Assembly (NCBI GenBank): GCA_015232465.1
Contig: JADFZO010000006.1
Coordinates: 63 to 64,062 of the forward strand
Source: Desulfamplus sp.
GTDB taxonomy: Bacteria > Desulfobacterota > Desulfobacteria > Desulfobacterales > Desulfobacteraceae
Reading direction: 5' to 3'
Length of the DNA: 64,000 bases
Every line of letters starts with the position of its first letter. Within the stretch, counting starts at the first letter, position 1. A model generated the notes under the pieces. That model did no database searches, was not told the DNA's origin, and worked only from the letters and a program-made list of their open reading frames with translations. Shown here piece after piece: positions 30,522 to 40,917 of this stretch. A program made the translations under genes and the position numbers.

Positions 30522-31876
30522 ATCTTAATAACTACAAAGAGGTTCTAAGGGTAAGCCTGCCTTTGGTGTTGAGTATGGGCTCTACAACCATAATGGAATT
30601 CACAGATCGCATCTTTTTAGGCAACTACTCCTTAGATGCCTTAGCAGCAGCAACTCCAGCAGCCATAACTGGCTTTTTGTTTGCATCGTTTTTTTTGGGT
30701 GTTGCAGGCTATGTTAATGTCTTTATTGCTCAATATACAGGTGCAGGTAACAATGAAGGGGTTGGCTCATCTCTTTGGCAGGGGCTATATTTTGCCATGT
30801 TTGGGGGGATTTTCATGGCTCTACTTGCTATCTATGCTACTCCTATCTTTTCTATGATAGGGCATGAGCCTCATATTCAGCAGCTTGAGGTTAGCTATTT
30901 TCGTATTCTTTGCTTGGGTGCTGGAGCAAATCTTACTGGTGCAACTCTATCTTGCTTCTATTCTGGCAGAGGGCTTACACGAACTGTTATGTTGATAAAT
31001 ATTGTTGGAACTCTTTTTAATATCCCATTAGATTATGCACTTATAAATGGAAAATGGGGCTTTCCAGAGCTTGGCATTCAAGGTGCTGGACTTGCCACTG
31101 TAAGCTCATGGATTTTAATTGCCTCAATATTTGCCATTTTGATATTTAACAAAAAAAATAATAAGAGATTCCATGTGTTTAATAAAAGAGCATTTGATCC
31201 AGAACTCTTTATGCGACTTATGAAGTATGGTCTTCCTGGTGGTGCTCAATTTTTCCTTGATATGTTGGTATATACCTTTTTTATCTTGATGATAGGAAGG
31301 CTTGGGACAACAGAGCTTGCAGTTACAAATCTTGTTCTATCTATAAATGGACTCTCCTATATGCCGATGTGGGGTTTTGGAATTGGGGTTAGCACGCTTG
31401 TAGGTCAAGCAATGGGAAAAAAGATGCCTGATGATGCTGTAAATGCTGCAAAAACAACAACTCACATTGCGTTGGGCTATATTCTATTTTTGATGGTTAT
31501 ATTTTTTTTAATACCAGAGCCTCTGATAAATCTATTTCTTTCAAATAGTCTGACTGAAGCTGATAGGCTGCCATTAATAGAGATGGGAAGTATTTTGCTT
31601 AAATTTGTTACTCTATATCTTCTGTTTGACTCTCTGATTATTATCTACACAGCTGTTCTAAAGGGTGCTGGAGACTCTCGTTTTGTTATGTTGAGCATAA
31701 TTGGGGTTAGTGTTATATTTCTTTTTATTCCGATTTGGGTTGGTATCAACATTTTTGGACTTGGACTCTATTTTTCATGGTCATGTATTACAGCATATCT
31801 TGTTGTTCTATTTATTATGGTGATGGCAAGATATAACAACGGTAAATGGAAGGAGATAGCAATTATTGAACATTAA
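30500..31876 (+). CDS. MATE family efflux transporter
   Basis: FTDRIFLG, IAQYTGAG, PELGIQGAGLAT, LVGQAMG, LKGAGD; ~12 TM. Confidence 0.92.
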   Translation: MGYRAKINLNNYKEVLRVSLPLVLSMGSTTIMEFTDRIFLGNYSLDALAAATPAAITGFLFASFFLGVAGYVNVFIAQYTGAGNNEGVGSSLWQGLYFAMFGGIFMALLAIYATPIFSMIGHEPHIQQLEVSYFRILCLGAGANLTGATLSCFYSGRGLTRTVMLINIVGTLFNIPLDYALINGKWGFPELGIQGAGLATVSSWILIASIFAILIFNKKNNKRFHVFNKRAFDPELFMRLMKYGLPGGAQFFLDMLVYTFFILMIGRLGTTELAVTNLVLSINGLSYMPMWGFGIGVSTLVGQAMGKKMPDDAVNAAKTTTHIALGYILFLMVIFFLIPEPLINLFLSNSLTEADRLPLIEMGSILLKFVTLYLLFDSLIIIYTAVLKGAGDSRFVMLSIIGVSVIFLFIPIWVGINIFGLGLYFSWSCITAYLVVLFIMVMARYNNGKWKEIAIIEH

Positions 31877-32711
31877 AACTAACAACCAGCTTAATATCGA
31901 AAATCAGCTTGAAAAAAAGAGCGTGTGGTACCATCTGCAAGATGCCAATCACATTGTTAAGCATGATAGAAACATAGAGCTTTTAAGAGAAGAGCCTCTA
32001 TCTATTAATGTTCAAGGCAGAACATACGGCGTGGTTATGAGAACTCCAGGGGAGGAGTTGGCACATTCTGCTGGATTTTGTTTTGCTGAAGGGATTGTTG
32101 ATAGTTTAGATGACATTCAAGATATAGCCTTGTGCGATGGCGACGACTCTAATGTTGCTGCTGTGATGCTATCTAAGGAGCGTCTTTGCAGGGTATCTCA
32201 TCTGCTTGAAAAAAAGGGGTATGTTAGCCAGACAAGCTGCGGTATCTGTGGACGTGAAATTATTGATGATCTTACAGCCATTTTAAAGCCTGTTTCACAC
32301 TCTATTAAAATATCACTTACTGATGTAATGGAGCTTGTAAATATTATGAATAATACCCAGCACTTAAGAAAAAGATGCGGCTCATCACATGGGGCTATGT
32401 TATTTAACCGTAATCGACAGACTCTTTCAGTTGCAGAAGATGCAGGCAGACATAATGCTTTGGATAAGGCTATTGGAAAACTATTTCTTCAAGGAGAACT
32501 AAACAGAGCTGCTATTGCCCTTATATCATCAAGGGCGAGCTATGAGATGATTCAAAAGTGTGCAAGAGCTGGGATTGAAGTTGTAATCAGTATGTCAAGA
32601 CCCACATCTTTAGCTTGTGAGTTAGCACAACGGCTTGGAATAACCCTTGCCGATGTCAGAGACAAGGGGTTATCCGTGTTTACATGTAATGAGCGAATTT
32701 ATGAAAAGTAG
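31866..32711 (+). CDS. fdhD: Formate dehydrogenase sulfurtransferase FdhD
   Basis: EEPL, MRTPG, GFCFAEG, SCGICG, EDAGRHNALDKAIG, SSRASYEM. Confidence 0.93.
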   Translation: MNIKTNNQLNIENQLEKKSVWYHLQDANHIVKHDRNIELLREEPLSINVQGRTYGVVMRTPGEELAHSAGFCFAEGIVDSLDDIQDIALCDGDDSNVAAVMLSKERLCRVSHLLEKKGYVSQTSCGICGREIIDDLTAILKPVSHSIKISLTDVMELVNIMNNTQHLRKRCGSSHGAMLFNRNRQTLSVAEDAGRHNALDKAIGKLFLQGELNRAAIALISSRASYEMIQKCARAGIEVVISMSRPTSLACELAQRLGITLADVRDKGLSVFTCNERIYEK

Positions 32712-32746
32712 GTTAAAAGCTATTTAACCAGATTGCAGATATATTG

Positions 32747-33091
32747 TTATGCAATCATGTTTAAAATAGTACCTTTCATCTCATCATCAGTCTGAATAGT
32801 TTTAACATTTGCACCATAAGCTGACTGATAGCTGATCATGCTTGTAAATTCAGTGGCAAGATCAGTGTTTGACAGCTCTTTTGTGGTACCATCACTCTTT
32901 TGAACAAGAGGGCCTTGTGCAGAATTGGTGCTAAGTGAGACCTTAACTCCACCATTATCGCCCTCATTCATTACTGCTCTGCTGCTTTTAAAGTTGTCTG
33001 ACTCAACGTTTGCAACATTGTTAGCAGTAACAGCAGTTGCTGTTCCAAATGCTCTAAGAGCCTGAACGCTGTTATTAATAGAAGATACCAT
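32747..33091 (-). CDS. Small flagellar basal-body rod (FlgC/FlgE termini-like) protein
   Basis: VTANNVANVESDNFK and ELSNTDLATEFTSMI..Y.ANVKTIQTDDEM; GGAGGGG RBS. Confidence 0.85.
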   Translation of the reverse strand: MVSSINNSVQALRAFGTATAVTANNVANVESDNFKSSRAVMNEGDNGGVKVSLSTNSAQGPLVQKSDGTTKELSNTDLATEFTSMISYQSAYGANVKTIQTDDEMKGTILNMIA

Positions 33092-33171
33092 ATCCCCTCC
33101 TTTCAGTCAGTTTGATAGTGCTGCACTACAAATTTGCAACATGCTGACTTAGACTTATAATATCGTCAAAA

Positions 33172-33723
33172 CTACTTTACAACCTTAACCATTTTTTTAA
33201 AAGCATCACCTTCAGCAGCCTTCATAAGTTCAAAAATTATCATCTCTGTAGAGGTCTCAGCACCGCCAGCTTGAACGATCCTTTTAATTCCAATTTTTTT
33301 ATTTTTCTCTGTTCTTGATGATACGCAATCAGATACAACTTGAACCTCATAACCAGCACCTAAAAGCTCAACAGATGTCTGATAGACGCAGATGTGAGAC
33401 TCAATACCAGCAACAAGAACCTGTTTTTTATTAATGGCTTTAAATGACTCCATAAATTTTTCATTGCCGCAGCAACTAAATGATTTCTTAGCAATTGGCT
33501 TTACATTTGGCATAAGCTCTTGCATCAGCTTTGTAACCTCTGGAATTGTTGGACCCAATTTTTCAGGAAGCTGCTCTACCCATATTATCGGCACTTCAAG
33601 AATTGCTAAACCTTTAATTAGGGTCTGCAAAGATTCAAATAGATCATCTTTTTTATACATCAACTGGGCAAGTTTGCCTTGAACATCAATTACAATTAAC
33701 ACTGTATTCTCTTTTGAAAACAT
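33172..33723 (-). CDS. Isochorismatase-family (YcaC-like) hydrolase
   Basis: IVIDVQ, EQLPEKLGPT, KKSFSC, GIESHICVYQT, DCVSSR. Confidence 0.9.
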   Translation of the reverse strand: MFSKENTVLIVIDVQGKLAQLMYKKDDLFESLQTLIKGLAILEVPIIWVEQLPEKLGPTIPEVTKLMQELMPNVKPIAKKSFSCCGNEKFMESFKAINKKQVLVAGIESHICVYQTSVELLGAGYEVQVVSDCVSSRTEKNKKIGIKRIVQAGGAETSTEMIIFELMKAAEGDAFKKMVKVVK

Positions 33724-33751
33724 GATCTTTTTCTCCTTATTTTTTTAACAT

Positions 33752-35548
33752 TTAAAAGTAATACCATATTGTATCATAATCAGATACATCTTCGCCAGCC
33801 TCATTAAGCCTGAGCAAGTAATCAAGTATTGGAACATCTTGCCCAACATGAGTTGCGATATTTCTTGTGATATTTTTTTCCCAAGGGTGAAACTCATACA
33901 ATCTTGTTCCATCAGGAAGAATTGAGATCAAATCTCTATGCTGGCGGGCGCGTAGATAATTTTTACCCATTCCAGGAACATTATAAACTGCCTCATCAGT
34001 GCGTGCAATACCAGGTAGCAATCTTGCCTCCTCTTTTTGCTCTTGAAGCAGACGAGCGATAGGGACACGGTACTCTAAAGTCTCCTCTTTTCCTTTTGTG
34101 TTAAATGTGTAGTATGGCTCAACCCCAATTGATGCAAGATTTCTTCTAAGATAAGCTGCTTCAAATCGTCTTGATACAAAAAATGTGTAAACAAGCTGGT
34201 TAAAGACAGATATTGAGCTATCTCTTAGCATCTCTACAGCTTTTACTGTATCTGGTGTAATCTCGTAAGGGTGTTGAATGTGAGTTACAACAGAAATTCG
34301 ACATCTGCCCAATTTTCTGTATTTATCAAGAATATTGACAAAATTTTTGGTAATTCTCATAGGTGCAGTTACTGGTGTTCTTGTCCCAATACGTATTCGC
34401 TCAACAGATGGTATATTTGCAACTCCTGCAAGAATACCCTCAAAATTGGCATCATTCATTCCAAGTGGATCGCCGCCTGTTATTAAAACTTCATGTATAG
34501 CAGGGTGATCTTCAATCCACTTAATGGCATCAAGAATCTTCTTTTTAGATGCCATAGCCCCAGACACCATGGCATCTTTTATCTCCCAATTTCTTTGGCA
34601 ATAGACACATATTTGAGGACAGGTGTTAAATGGTTTAAAAATACAGATAGATGGATAACGCCTTGTTATCAAATCTATTGGAGATGTATCAGCTTCTTTC
34701 ATAAAATCAAGACAAGATAGCTCCCTATTATCATATTCTGATACCTGCTCAACATAACTTAATGGAGGAAGAACCTGTGCTCTGATTGCCCAATCTCTAA
34801 CTGCCTCAGGGTCATCGTCCATAAGAGATAGATAGTATGGTGTTATTCCAAACGGAATAGATGATGCTTTTGCCATTCTTAATGAGCGAGCCTGATCTGG
34901 TGTGAGATTTACAAGCTGCTCAATTTTATCTGCATTTCGCATCACATTATTATATTGCCATTTCCAGTTATACCAATCATCTAAGGAGGCATTGAGCAAT
35001 TTTAAAATAGTATCTCGTCTTTTCGCTCTTCTTTGAATAGAGCTATCATCAAGCCCGTTAGAGTATCTATCCATATATTTTGACACCTCTTCTGATAAAG
35101 TATCGAGCTGACCGCTTCGCTCTATTGCAGCCTCTCTTCCCTCAAGCTCGCTTTGCACAAGGTGGTAATCTGCAAATCTTGGTCTAAGACCTCTACCGTG
35201 CAGACCAATAAAAAGATAGAGAATTTCAGCATAAAATGCAAAAGATAGCTCTGGTCGTGGAATATTTTTGGCAATATCTGATATTGCCTGAGCTACAGAA
35301 AATTGAGCCTTCTCTTCAGAACGCAGTGTAAAAATTTGGTTAATAACTTGAGCACAATCTCTAACACGAATAAGCCTTCCTTCGCTTAGAGAGCTAAAAT
35401 CATTAAAGGTCTCATACTGCATTTTATGAACATACTCTGCAGCTCGTTTACGAAAATCATCAACATTGTCATATTGACGAGCAATATCAAAAATTTCAGG
35501 CACGTTTTCTAAAAGATACTCAGGACAATATTTACTTGTGTCTATCAT
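33752..35548 (-). CDS. KamA-family radical SAM/PLP aminomutase, long form, glutamate 2,3-aminomutase-like
   Basis: WKWQ, ITPYYLSL, ITRRYP, CPQICVYCQR, LITGGDPL, IRIGTR, PYYTFNTK, YNVPGMGK; ATG at 35548 after AGGAG (track start 35608). Confidence 0.85.
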   Translation of the reverse strand: MIDTSKYCPEYLLENVPEIFDIARQYDNVDDFRKRAAEYVHKMQYETFNDFSSLSEGRLIRVRDCAQVINQIFTLRSEEKAQFSVAQAISDIAKNIPRPELSFAFYAEILYLFIGLHGRGLRPRFADYHLVQSELEGREAAIERSGQLDTLSEEVSKYMDRYSNGLDDSSIQRRAKRRDTILKLLNASLDDWYNWKWQYNNVMRNADKIEQLVNLTPDQARSLRMAKASSIPFGITPYYLSLMDDDPEAVRDWAIRAQVLPPLSYVEQVSEYDNRELSCLDFMKEADTSPIDLITRRYPSICIFKPFNTCPQICVYCQRNWEIKDAMVSGAMASKKKILDAIKWIEDHPAIHEVLITGGDPLGMNDANFEGILAGVANIPSVERIRIGTRTPVTAPMRITKNFVNILDKYRKLGRCRISVVTHIQHPYEITPDTVKAVEMLRDSSISVFNQLVYTFFVSRRFEAAYLRRNLASIGVEPYYTFNTKGKEETLEYRVPIARLLQEQKEEARLLPGIARTDEAVYNVPGMGKNYLRARQHRDLISILPDGTRLYEFHPWEKNITRNIATHVGQDVPILDYLLRLNEAGEDVSDYDTIWYYF

Positions 35549-35591
35549 TATACTACTCCTTGTAACGCATTGTTGTAACTCATCTTCTCTA

Positions 35592-36881
35592 TTAAGATAC
35601 CCATTCAACCATAAGGTTTACTGCTTTAATAACATTATTACACCAGCTCTTAGCAAAATCGTCAGGCAGAGGCTTATCAAGAGGAATAGTCTCACTTGCT
35701 GTAAGAGCCTTTGCACCATCAAAGTCAACATAAGCCAAACGGAGCGTAAATTCATCTACTGGACGCTCAAACGCAGAACCAGGAAGCGTTGCAACTCCAG
35801 TATCTTGAAGTAACTGTTCGCACAACTTTGAGCTTGTTCTAATTCCACGTCGAGCAAGGCTATCAGCAAACGGTGAAAAATCTGGGAATAGATAGAATGC
35901 ACCGTCAGGTGGGTGAACTTTTACACCAGCGTCAGAAAGAGTCTTTGTGCACTTTTCTCCAATATGGGCAAGGATTCTGCGAACATGCCAAAGATAACGC
36001 TCAATAATAACTCCGCCATTAAAAGCCCTAATAGCTGCATACTGCACTGGGGCACAGACAGATGTGTAGGTCTCGCTTGCTAATGATGCCATAGAAGAGA
36101 CAAGCCAATCCATATTAGCAGGAAATGTGAATGTCCCAAGCCTCCAGCCACCTGCTCCGCACCATTTTGACAATCCTGAGCTTATAATAGTCCCTTCAGG
36201 ATAAAACTTAGCAACTGAGATGTGTCTGCCTTGATGGTGAATCTCACCATAAATTTCATCTGAAAGAAGAATGATGTGATATTTGCGGGCAACCTCTGCA
36301 ACCTCTTGAAGCTCTGTTTCAGTGTAGCTACAACCGTCTGGATTTGCAGGATAGTTTAAAATAAGAATTCTGGGGCGAAAATCATCTCGCTCCTCTGCAC
36401 AGTAAGCAGCTAAAAGCTCTCCTGTTACCTTCCAGCGATCCTCAAATCGTGTTGGGATAAGTTTTACTTTTCTGCCGATTATATTTGCCTGAGGCACATA
36501 AGAGACCCAACATGGAGTTGGCACTATAAGTTCGCCATAGTATGCAAGCTGAAGCAGAAACATCAGCTCTTTTGAGCCAGGTCCTATTATTACGTTATCC
36601 TCTGAAAACTCTACACCTGTCTTTTGCCGATGAAAATTGGAGACAGCCCTTCTAAGTTCAGCAAGCCCAATTGTAGGAAGATAATCTTTTTGGTGGGCAT
36701 TTGCTTTTAGTGCCTCTACTATAGATACAGGAACAGGAAATGGAGATTGTCCTAACCCAAGACGATAAACTATCTTTCCTGCTTGCTGAAGCTCTTTGCT
36801 CTTCTCGTTTATGGCTATTGTTGGAGATTGCTCCATGCCCCTTATATTCAAATTTAAACTTACATTCTCTTTGATATACAT
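35592..36881 (-). CDS. PLP-dependent aminotransferase class I/II (aspartate aminotransferase-like)
   Basis: GPGSK, WVSY, NYPANPDG, SDEIY, SGLSKWCGAGGWRLG, GAFYLF. Confidence 0.92.
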   Translation of the reverse strand: MYIKENVSLNLNIRGMEQSPTIAINEKSKELQQAGKIVYRLGLGQSPFPVPVSIVEALKANAHQKDYLPTIGLAELRRAVSNFHRQKTGVEFSEDNVIIGPGSKELMFLLQLAYYGELIVPTPCWVSYVPQANIIGRKVKLIPTRFEDRWKVTGELLAAYCAEERDDFRPRILILNYPANPDGCSYTETELQEVAEVARKYHIILLSDEIYGEIHHQGRHISVAKFYPEGTIISSGLSKWCGAGGWRLGTFTFPANMDWLVSSMASLASETYTSVCAPVQYAAIRAFNGGVIIERYLWHVRRILAHIGEKCTKTLSDAGVKVHPPDGAFYLFPDFSPFADSLARRGIRTSSKLCEQLLQDTGVATLPGSAFERPVDEFTLRLAYVDFDGAKALTASETIPLDKPLPDDFAKSWCNNVIKAVNLMVEWVS

Positions 36882-36958
36882 AAATAGGTTTCTCCTTTTA
36901 TAAAAAATCTATTGTTGATTGCTAATAAAAAATCCATATTTTAACAATCTTTAAATAG

Positions 36959-37942
36959 TTATCCCACACTCACAGTTAGATCAAAAGCCTCAAGCCTCTC
37001 TTGAACCGTTTTTATCTGCTCTTGGGTTGGTGCTAATATGTTTTGCGGTTTATAATCAATGCCAAACTTTAAATATTTTGATCGCTGAAAATCGTGGTAG
37101 GGTAGAAGATTTACCTCTTTAACTCTGCTGTTGCATCTATTATCTTCTAAATCTTCTAAATCTGCAATAAATTTGCCTGTTGCTTCTATGTTTGCTTCAT
37201 CATCGTTTATGGTTGGTATTAGTGGCATACGTATTATTATCCTCTGTTTTACACTGCTGTTTTGACTTTTTATTAAGATGGCAAGTTGTTTTAAGTTCTC
37301 TAAAATAGATTTATTAGATACCCCTGTATATATCTTGTGCTTTTTGTCATCTAACATTTTTAGATCAAACAAAAAAAGATCAGTAAATTGAGCCACCTTT
37401 TTTAAAATAGACCATGATGAAAATCCAGTTGTATCAACTGCAGTGTGAATATCAACGCTTTTACACCCCTTTAATAGTTCAATAAGAGCCTCCCACTGCA
37501 TAAGAGGCTCACCTCCTGAAAATGTAACTCCTCCATCTGACTCTTCATAAAATGCAATATCTTTTTGAACCTCTTTTAAAATATCATCAACACTGCAGAT
37601 TTTCCCCACCCGCTCCCTTGACTTTGTTGGGCAAACATCAGCACAGATAAGGCTATTGCAACTATTGCACAATGCAAGAATATCCTCATCAGATGGGTAG
37701 ATTCCATTTTGTTGAACCTTAAGAGCTTTATCAGGGCAGCTATCAACACAGGCAAAGCAGCCAATACATTTTTTAGGGTCATAAATAGTTTTAGGTTTTG
37801 GCTCAATCCCCTCTGGATTATGACACCATAAGCAGGATAAAGGGCAGCCTTTGAAAAATATAGTTGTTCTAATGCCCGGTCCATCGTGTATAGCGTATCG
37901 CTTAATATCAAAAATAGTGCATGTTTTGTTATTGTGCATCAT
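36959..37942 (-). CDS. Glycyl-radical enzyme activating enzyme with ferredoxin insert
   Basis: HDGPGIRTTIFFKGCPLSCLWCHNPE, CIGCFACVDSC, GGVTFSGGEP, HTAVDT, LLPYH. Confidence 0.93.
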   Translation of the reverse strand: MMHNNKTCTIFDIKRYAIHDGPGIRTTIFFKGCPLSCLWCHNPEGIEPKPKTIYDPKKCIGCFACVDSCPDKALKVQQNGIYPSDEDILALCNSCNSLICADVCPTKSRERVGKICSVDDILKEVQKDIAFYEESDGGVTFSGGEPLMQWEALIELLKGCKSVDIHTAVDTTGFSSWSILKKVAQFTDLFLFDLKMLDDKKHKIYTGVSNKSILENLKQLAILIKSQNSSVKQRIIIRMPLIPTINDDEANIEATGKFIADLEDLEDNRCNSRVKEVNLLPYHDFQRSKYLKFGIDYKPQNILAPTQEQIKTVQERLEAFDLTVSVG

Positions 37943-38099
37943 GTTAATACTGCTCTTTTACTTGATTATTTATATTAATTGTGATTCTGTTTTAATCCAA
38001 TTTAATCTAAATACTTGCATTGTCTCTTAATTTTCTTATATTTTGCTTTAACAAATTTTAAGAAGGTTACGACTAAGGAATAAGGAGTCCTTAAATTAA

Positions 38100-38414
38100 A
38101 TGCCAATTATAGACCCCGAAGTAAAGAAAAAAATATCATCTGATTCAGATTCTAAAGATAGGCAACCGCCTATGTATAAAGTTATTTTACACAATGACGA
38201 CTATACAACTATGGATTTTGTTGTTGAGATTCTAATCAAGGTTTTTGGTAAATCATTTGAAATTGCAACTCAGATCATGCTAAATGTGCATGAACAGGGA
38301 AGGGGTATCTGTGGTATCTACACAAGAGATGTTGCTGAAACTAAAGTCAATACAGTTCACGCACTTGCAAGGGCAAGAGAGTTTCCTCTTAAAAGCACAA
38401 TCGAAAAAGAATAG
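38100..38414 (+). CDS. clpS: Clp protease adaptor ClpS
   Basis: [34 protein letters not shown]. Confidence 0.97.
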   Translation: MPIIDPEVKKKISSDSDSKDRQPPMYKVILHNDDYTTMDFVVEILIKVFGKSFEIATQIMLNVHEQGRGICGIYTRDVAETKVNTVHALARAREFPLKSTIEKE

Positions 38415-38426
38415 TTGAAGGAGAAT

Positions 38427-40721
38427 ATGGTTATGATAAGCAAAGAGTTGAGTTCTACACTTGGTTTTGCTGTAAAAGAGGCAAAAAAGAGACGGCATGA
38501 GTATGTATCTGTTGAGCATGTTCTTTATGCTATTTTAAATAATGGGGAGGGGTATGCAACTGTTAAAAATTGTGGAGCCAGCCCAGAAATCATAAAGAAA
38601 AATCTTGATCTCTTTTTTAATGATAAGATGGAGAGGATAAAAGAGGGAAACGAGTATGTTCTTCAACAGACAATTGGATTTCAAAGGACAATTCAAAGAG
38701 CCATAAACCATGCAAGATCAGCATCAAAAAAAGAGGTAACTCTTGGCGATATACTTGCATCAATTTTCCAAGAAAAAGATTCTCATGCAGCATACTACCT
38801 TGAGTCAGAAGGGCTTACACGGCTTCAGCTCTTAAAATATATATCTCACAATGAGCGATCAACAACCCATAGCAGCAATGTCAGCTCTCAGCAAAAAGGG
38901 GGAGCTAAACCTCAGCATCAAAAGGGGGATAATGGCACATCAGACTCTTCTAATCAGCAGGAGCAGCAGCAAGACCCGCTTGCAATGTTTACAACCAATC
39001 TGCTTGAAAAGGCTCGTCAAGGTAAAATCGATCCACTTATTGGTCGAGTAAATGAGCTTGAGCGGGCTATGCAGGTGCTTTGTCGCAGACGAAAAAATAA
39101 TCCTGTTTTTGTAGGAGATCCTGGTGTTGGTAAAACTGCAATTGCTGAGGGGATTGCACTAAAAGCATCTCAAGGCGATGTTCCAGATTTTTTAAAGTCA
39201 TCTGAGATGTTTGCACTTGATATGGGTGCTCTTCTTGCTGGCACAAAATATAGAGGTGATTTTGAGCAAAGACTCAAAGATGTTATTGATGCTCTGGAGG
39301 CAAAGAAAAATGCCCTTTTATTTATTGATGAGATTCACACAGTTGTTGGGGCTGGTGCAACAAGCAGCGGCTCGTTAGATGCCTCAAATATCTTAAAGCC
39401 AGCACTTGCATCTGGAAATTTGCGTTGTGTAGGGTCAACAACTTATGAGGAGTATAAAAATTATTTTGAAAAAGATAGGGCACTTACACGCCGTTTTGAA
39501 AAGATAGAGGTTCCTGAACCTTCGGTTGAAGAGACAATTGAGATTTTAAATGGGCTAAAAAAGTGTTATGAAGAGCACCACCAGTTAAACTATATGCCAG
39601 AGGCTCTTGAGGCTGCTGCAAAATTATCTGCAAAGCATATAAACGATAGATTTCTGCCAGATAAGGCAATTGATGTAATTGATGAAACAGGCTCACTTAT
39701 CCGCCTTTCAGGAGATGCAAGACGGAAAAATGTCCTTGCTGGAGATATTGAAAAGACAGTGGCAAAGATGGCAAAAATCCCAGCTTCAACAATTACAGCA
39801 TCAGATAAGACCAATCTTGAAAATTTAGAAAAAAAACTCTCTCAAGTTATTTTTGGTCAAGATAGTGCAATATCAACACTCTCCACCTGCATCAAACGCT
39901 CAAGAGCTGGATTATCTGCACCAAATCGTCCGATTGGCTCATTTTTGTTTACAGGTCCCACAGGAGTTGGGAAGACTGAGGTTGCAAAGCAGCTTGCTGT
40001 TAATATGGGGGTAAAATTTTTAAGGTTTGATATGAGCGAATATATGGAGAAGCACACAGTATCAAGGCTTATTGGTGCTCCTCCCGGTTATATTGGCTTT
40101 GAGCAGGGCGGAATCTTGACAGATAGCATAAGAAAAAATCCCCACTCAGTATTGCTGCTTGATGAGATAGAAAAAGCCCATCAAGACCTTTTTAACATTT
40201 TGCTCCAAGTTATGGATTACGCAACTTTAACAGATAACAATGGAAAATCAGCAGATTTTAGAAATGTGGTTATAATTATGACCTCAAATGCTGGGGCAAG
40301 GGAGATGAATTCCAATAGAATAGGATTTGGAGAGCAAAAAGCTGACGATGTCAAATCAAAAGGGGTTAAAGCTGTAGAGAGGCTATTTAGCCCTGAATTT
40401 AGAAATCGCCTTGATTCAGTAGTGCAGTTTAGCCCGCTATCTCAAGAGGTTATGGAGATGATTGTTGATAAGGGCATAAAGGAGCTAAGAGAGCTTTTAG
40501 TAGATAAAAATATCTCTTTAAAGTATAGCCCAAAGGTGAGAAGTTGGCTTGCACAAAAGGGTTATGATCCAAAGTTTGGTGCAAGACCGCTTGATCGCCT
40601 GATTCAGACAAAAATTAAAGATGTTCTGACTGACGAGATTCTGTTTGGTGCTCTTGAAAAAGGTGGCAGTGTTTCAATATCAATTAAAGATGGCGAACTG
40701 GCTTTTAAATTTAAAGAGTGA
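38427..40721 (+). CDS. clpA: ATP-dependent Clp protease ATPase ClpA
   Basis: [46 protein letters not shown]; follows clpS. Confidence 0.97.
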   Translation: MVMISKELSSTLGFAVKEAKKRRHEYVSVEHVLYAILNNGEGYATVKNCGASPEIIKKNLDLFFNDKMERIKEGNEYVLQQTIGFQRTIQRAINHARSASKKEVTLGDILASIFQEKDSHAAYYLESEGLTRLQLLKYISHNERSTTHSSNVSSQQKGGAKPQHQKGDNGTSDSSNQQEQQQDPLAMFTTNLLEKARQGKIDPLIGRVNELERAMQVLCRRRKNNPVFVGDPGVGKTAIAEGIALKASQGDVPDFLKSSEMFALDMGALLAGTKYRGDFEQRLKDVIDALEAKKNALLFIDEIHTVVGAGATSSGSLDASNILKPALASGNLRCVGSTTYEEYKNYFEKDRALTRRFEKIEVPEPSVEETIEILNGLKKCYEEHHQLNYMPEALEAAAKLSAKHINDRFLPDKAIDVIDETGSLIRLSGDARRKNVLAGDIEKTVAKMAKIPASTITASDKTNLENLEKKLSQVIFGQDSAISTLSTCIKRSRAGLSAPNRPIGSFLFTGPTGVGKTEVAKQLAVNMGVKFLRFDMSEYMEKHTVSRLIGAPPGYIGFEQGGILTDSIRKNPHSVLLLDEIEKAHQDLFNILLQVMDYATLTDNNGKSADFRNVVIIMTSNAGAREMNSNRIGFGEQKADDVKSKGVKAVERLFSPEFRNRLDSVVQFSPLSQEVMEMIVDKGIKELRELLVDKNISLKYSPKVRSWLAQKGYDPKFGARPLDRLIQTKIKDVLTDEILFGALEKGGSVSISIKDGELAFKFKE

Positions 40722-40778
40722 TTTGACAAAACCATTTTTTAACAAAATCGCAACTAAAAGAAAAAAATCACAACTAAC

Positions 40779-40832
40779 AGTAGGGACAAGAAAAAAAGAT
40801 AAATGGCAAATCATTTTTTTCTTGTCCCTACT
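40779..40832. repeat. Long inverted repeat between clpA and hslU
   Basis: AGTAGGGACAAGAAAAAAAGAT...ATCATTTTTTTCTTGTCCCTACT. Confidence 0.7.
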
Positions 40833-40917
40833 AAATTTTTTAGAGCTTATAAATTTTAAAAAAAAAGCACTAACATATTTTTTAACAGTTTAAATATAAG
40901 TTGAAGAGAAAAAAATA

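Noticed and set aside
33160-33188. Sigma28 (FliA) promoter for the small rod-like gene (TTAAG-N16-GACGATAT, minus strand)
   Set aside because: Spacer is longer than consensus and the -10 has mismatches; too weak to call
33752-35548. Lysine 2,3-aminomutase (kamA/ablA) or EpmB
   Set aside because: Substrate-site residues read Lys/Asn rather than Asp/Asp, and ablB, kamDE and efp/epmA are absent from the neighbourhood
40645-40893. 82-aa ORF as a remnant of hslV
   Set aside because: No N-terminal Thr-protease motif; it reads through the clpA end and the inverted repeat
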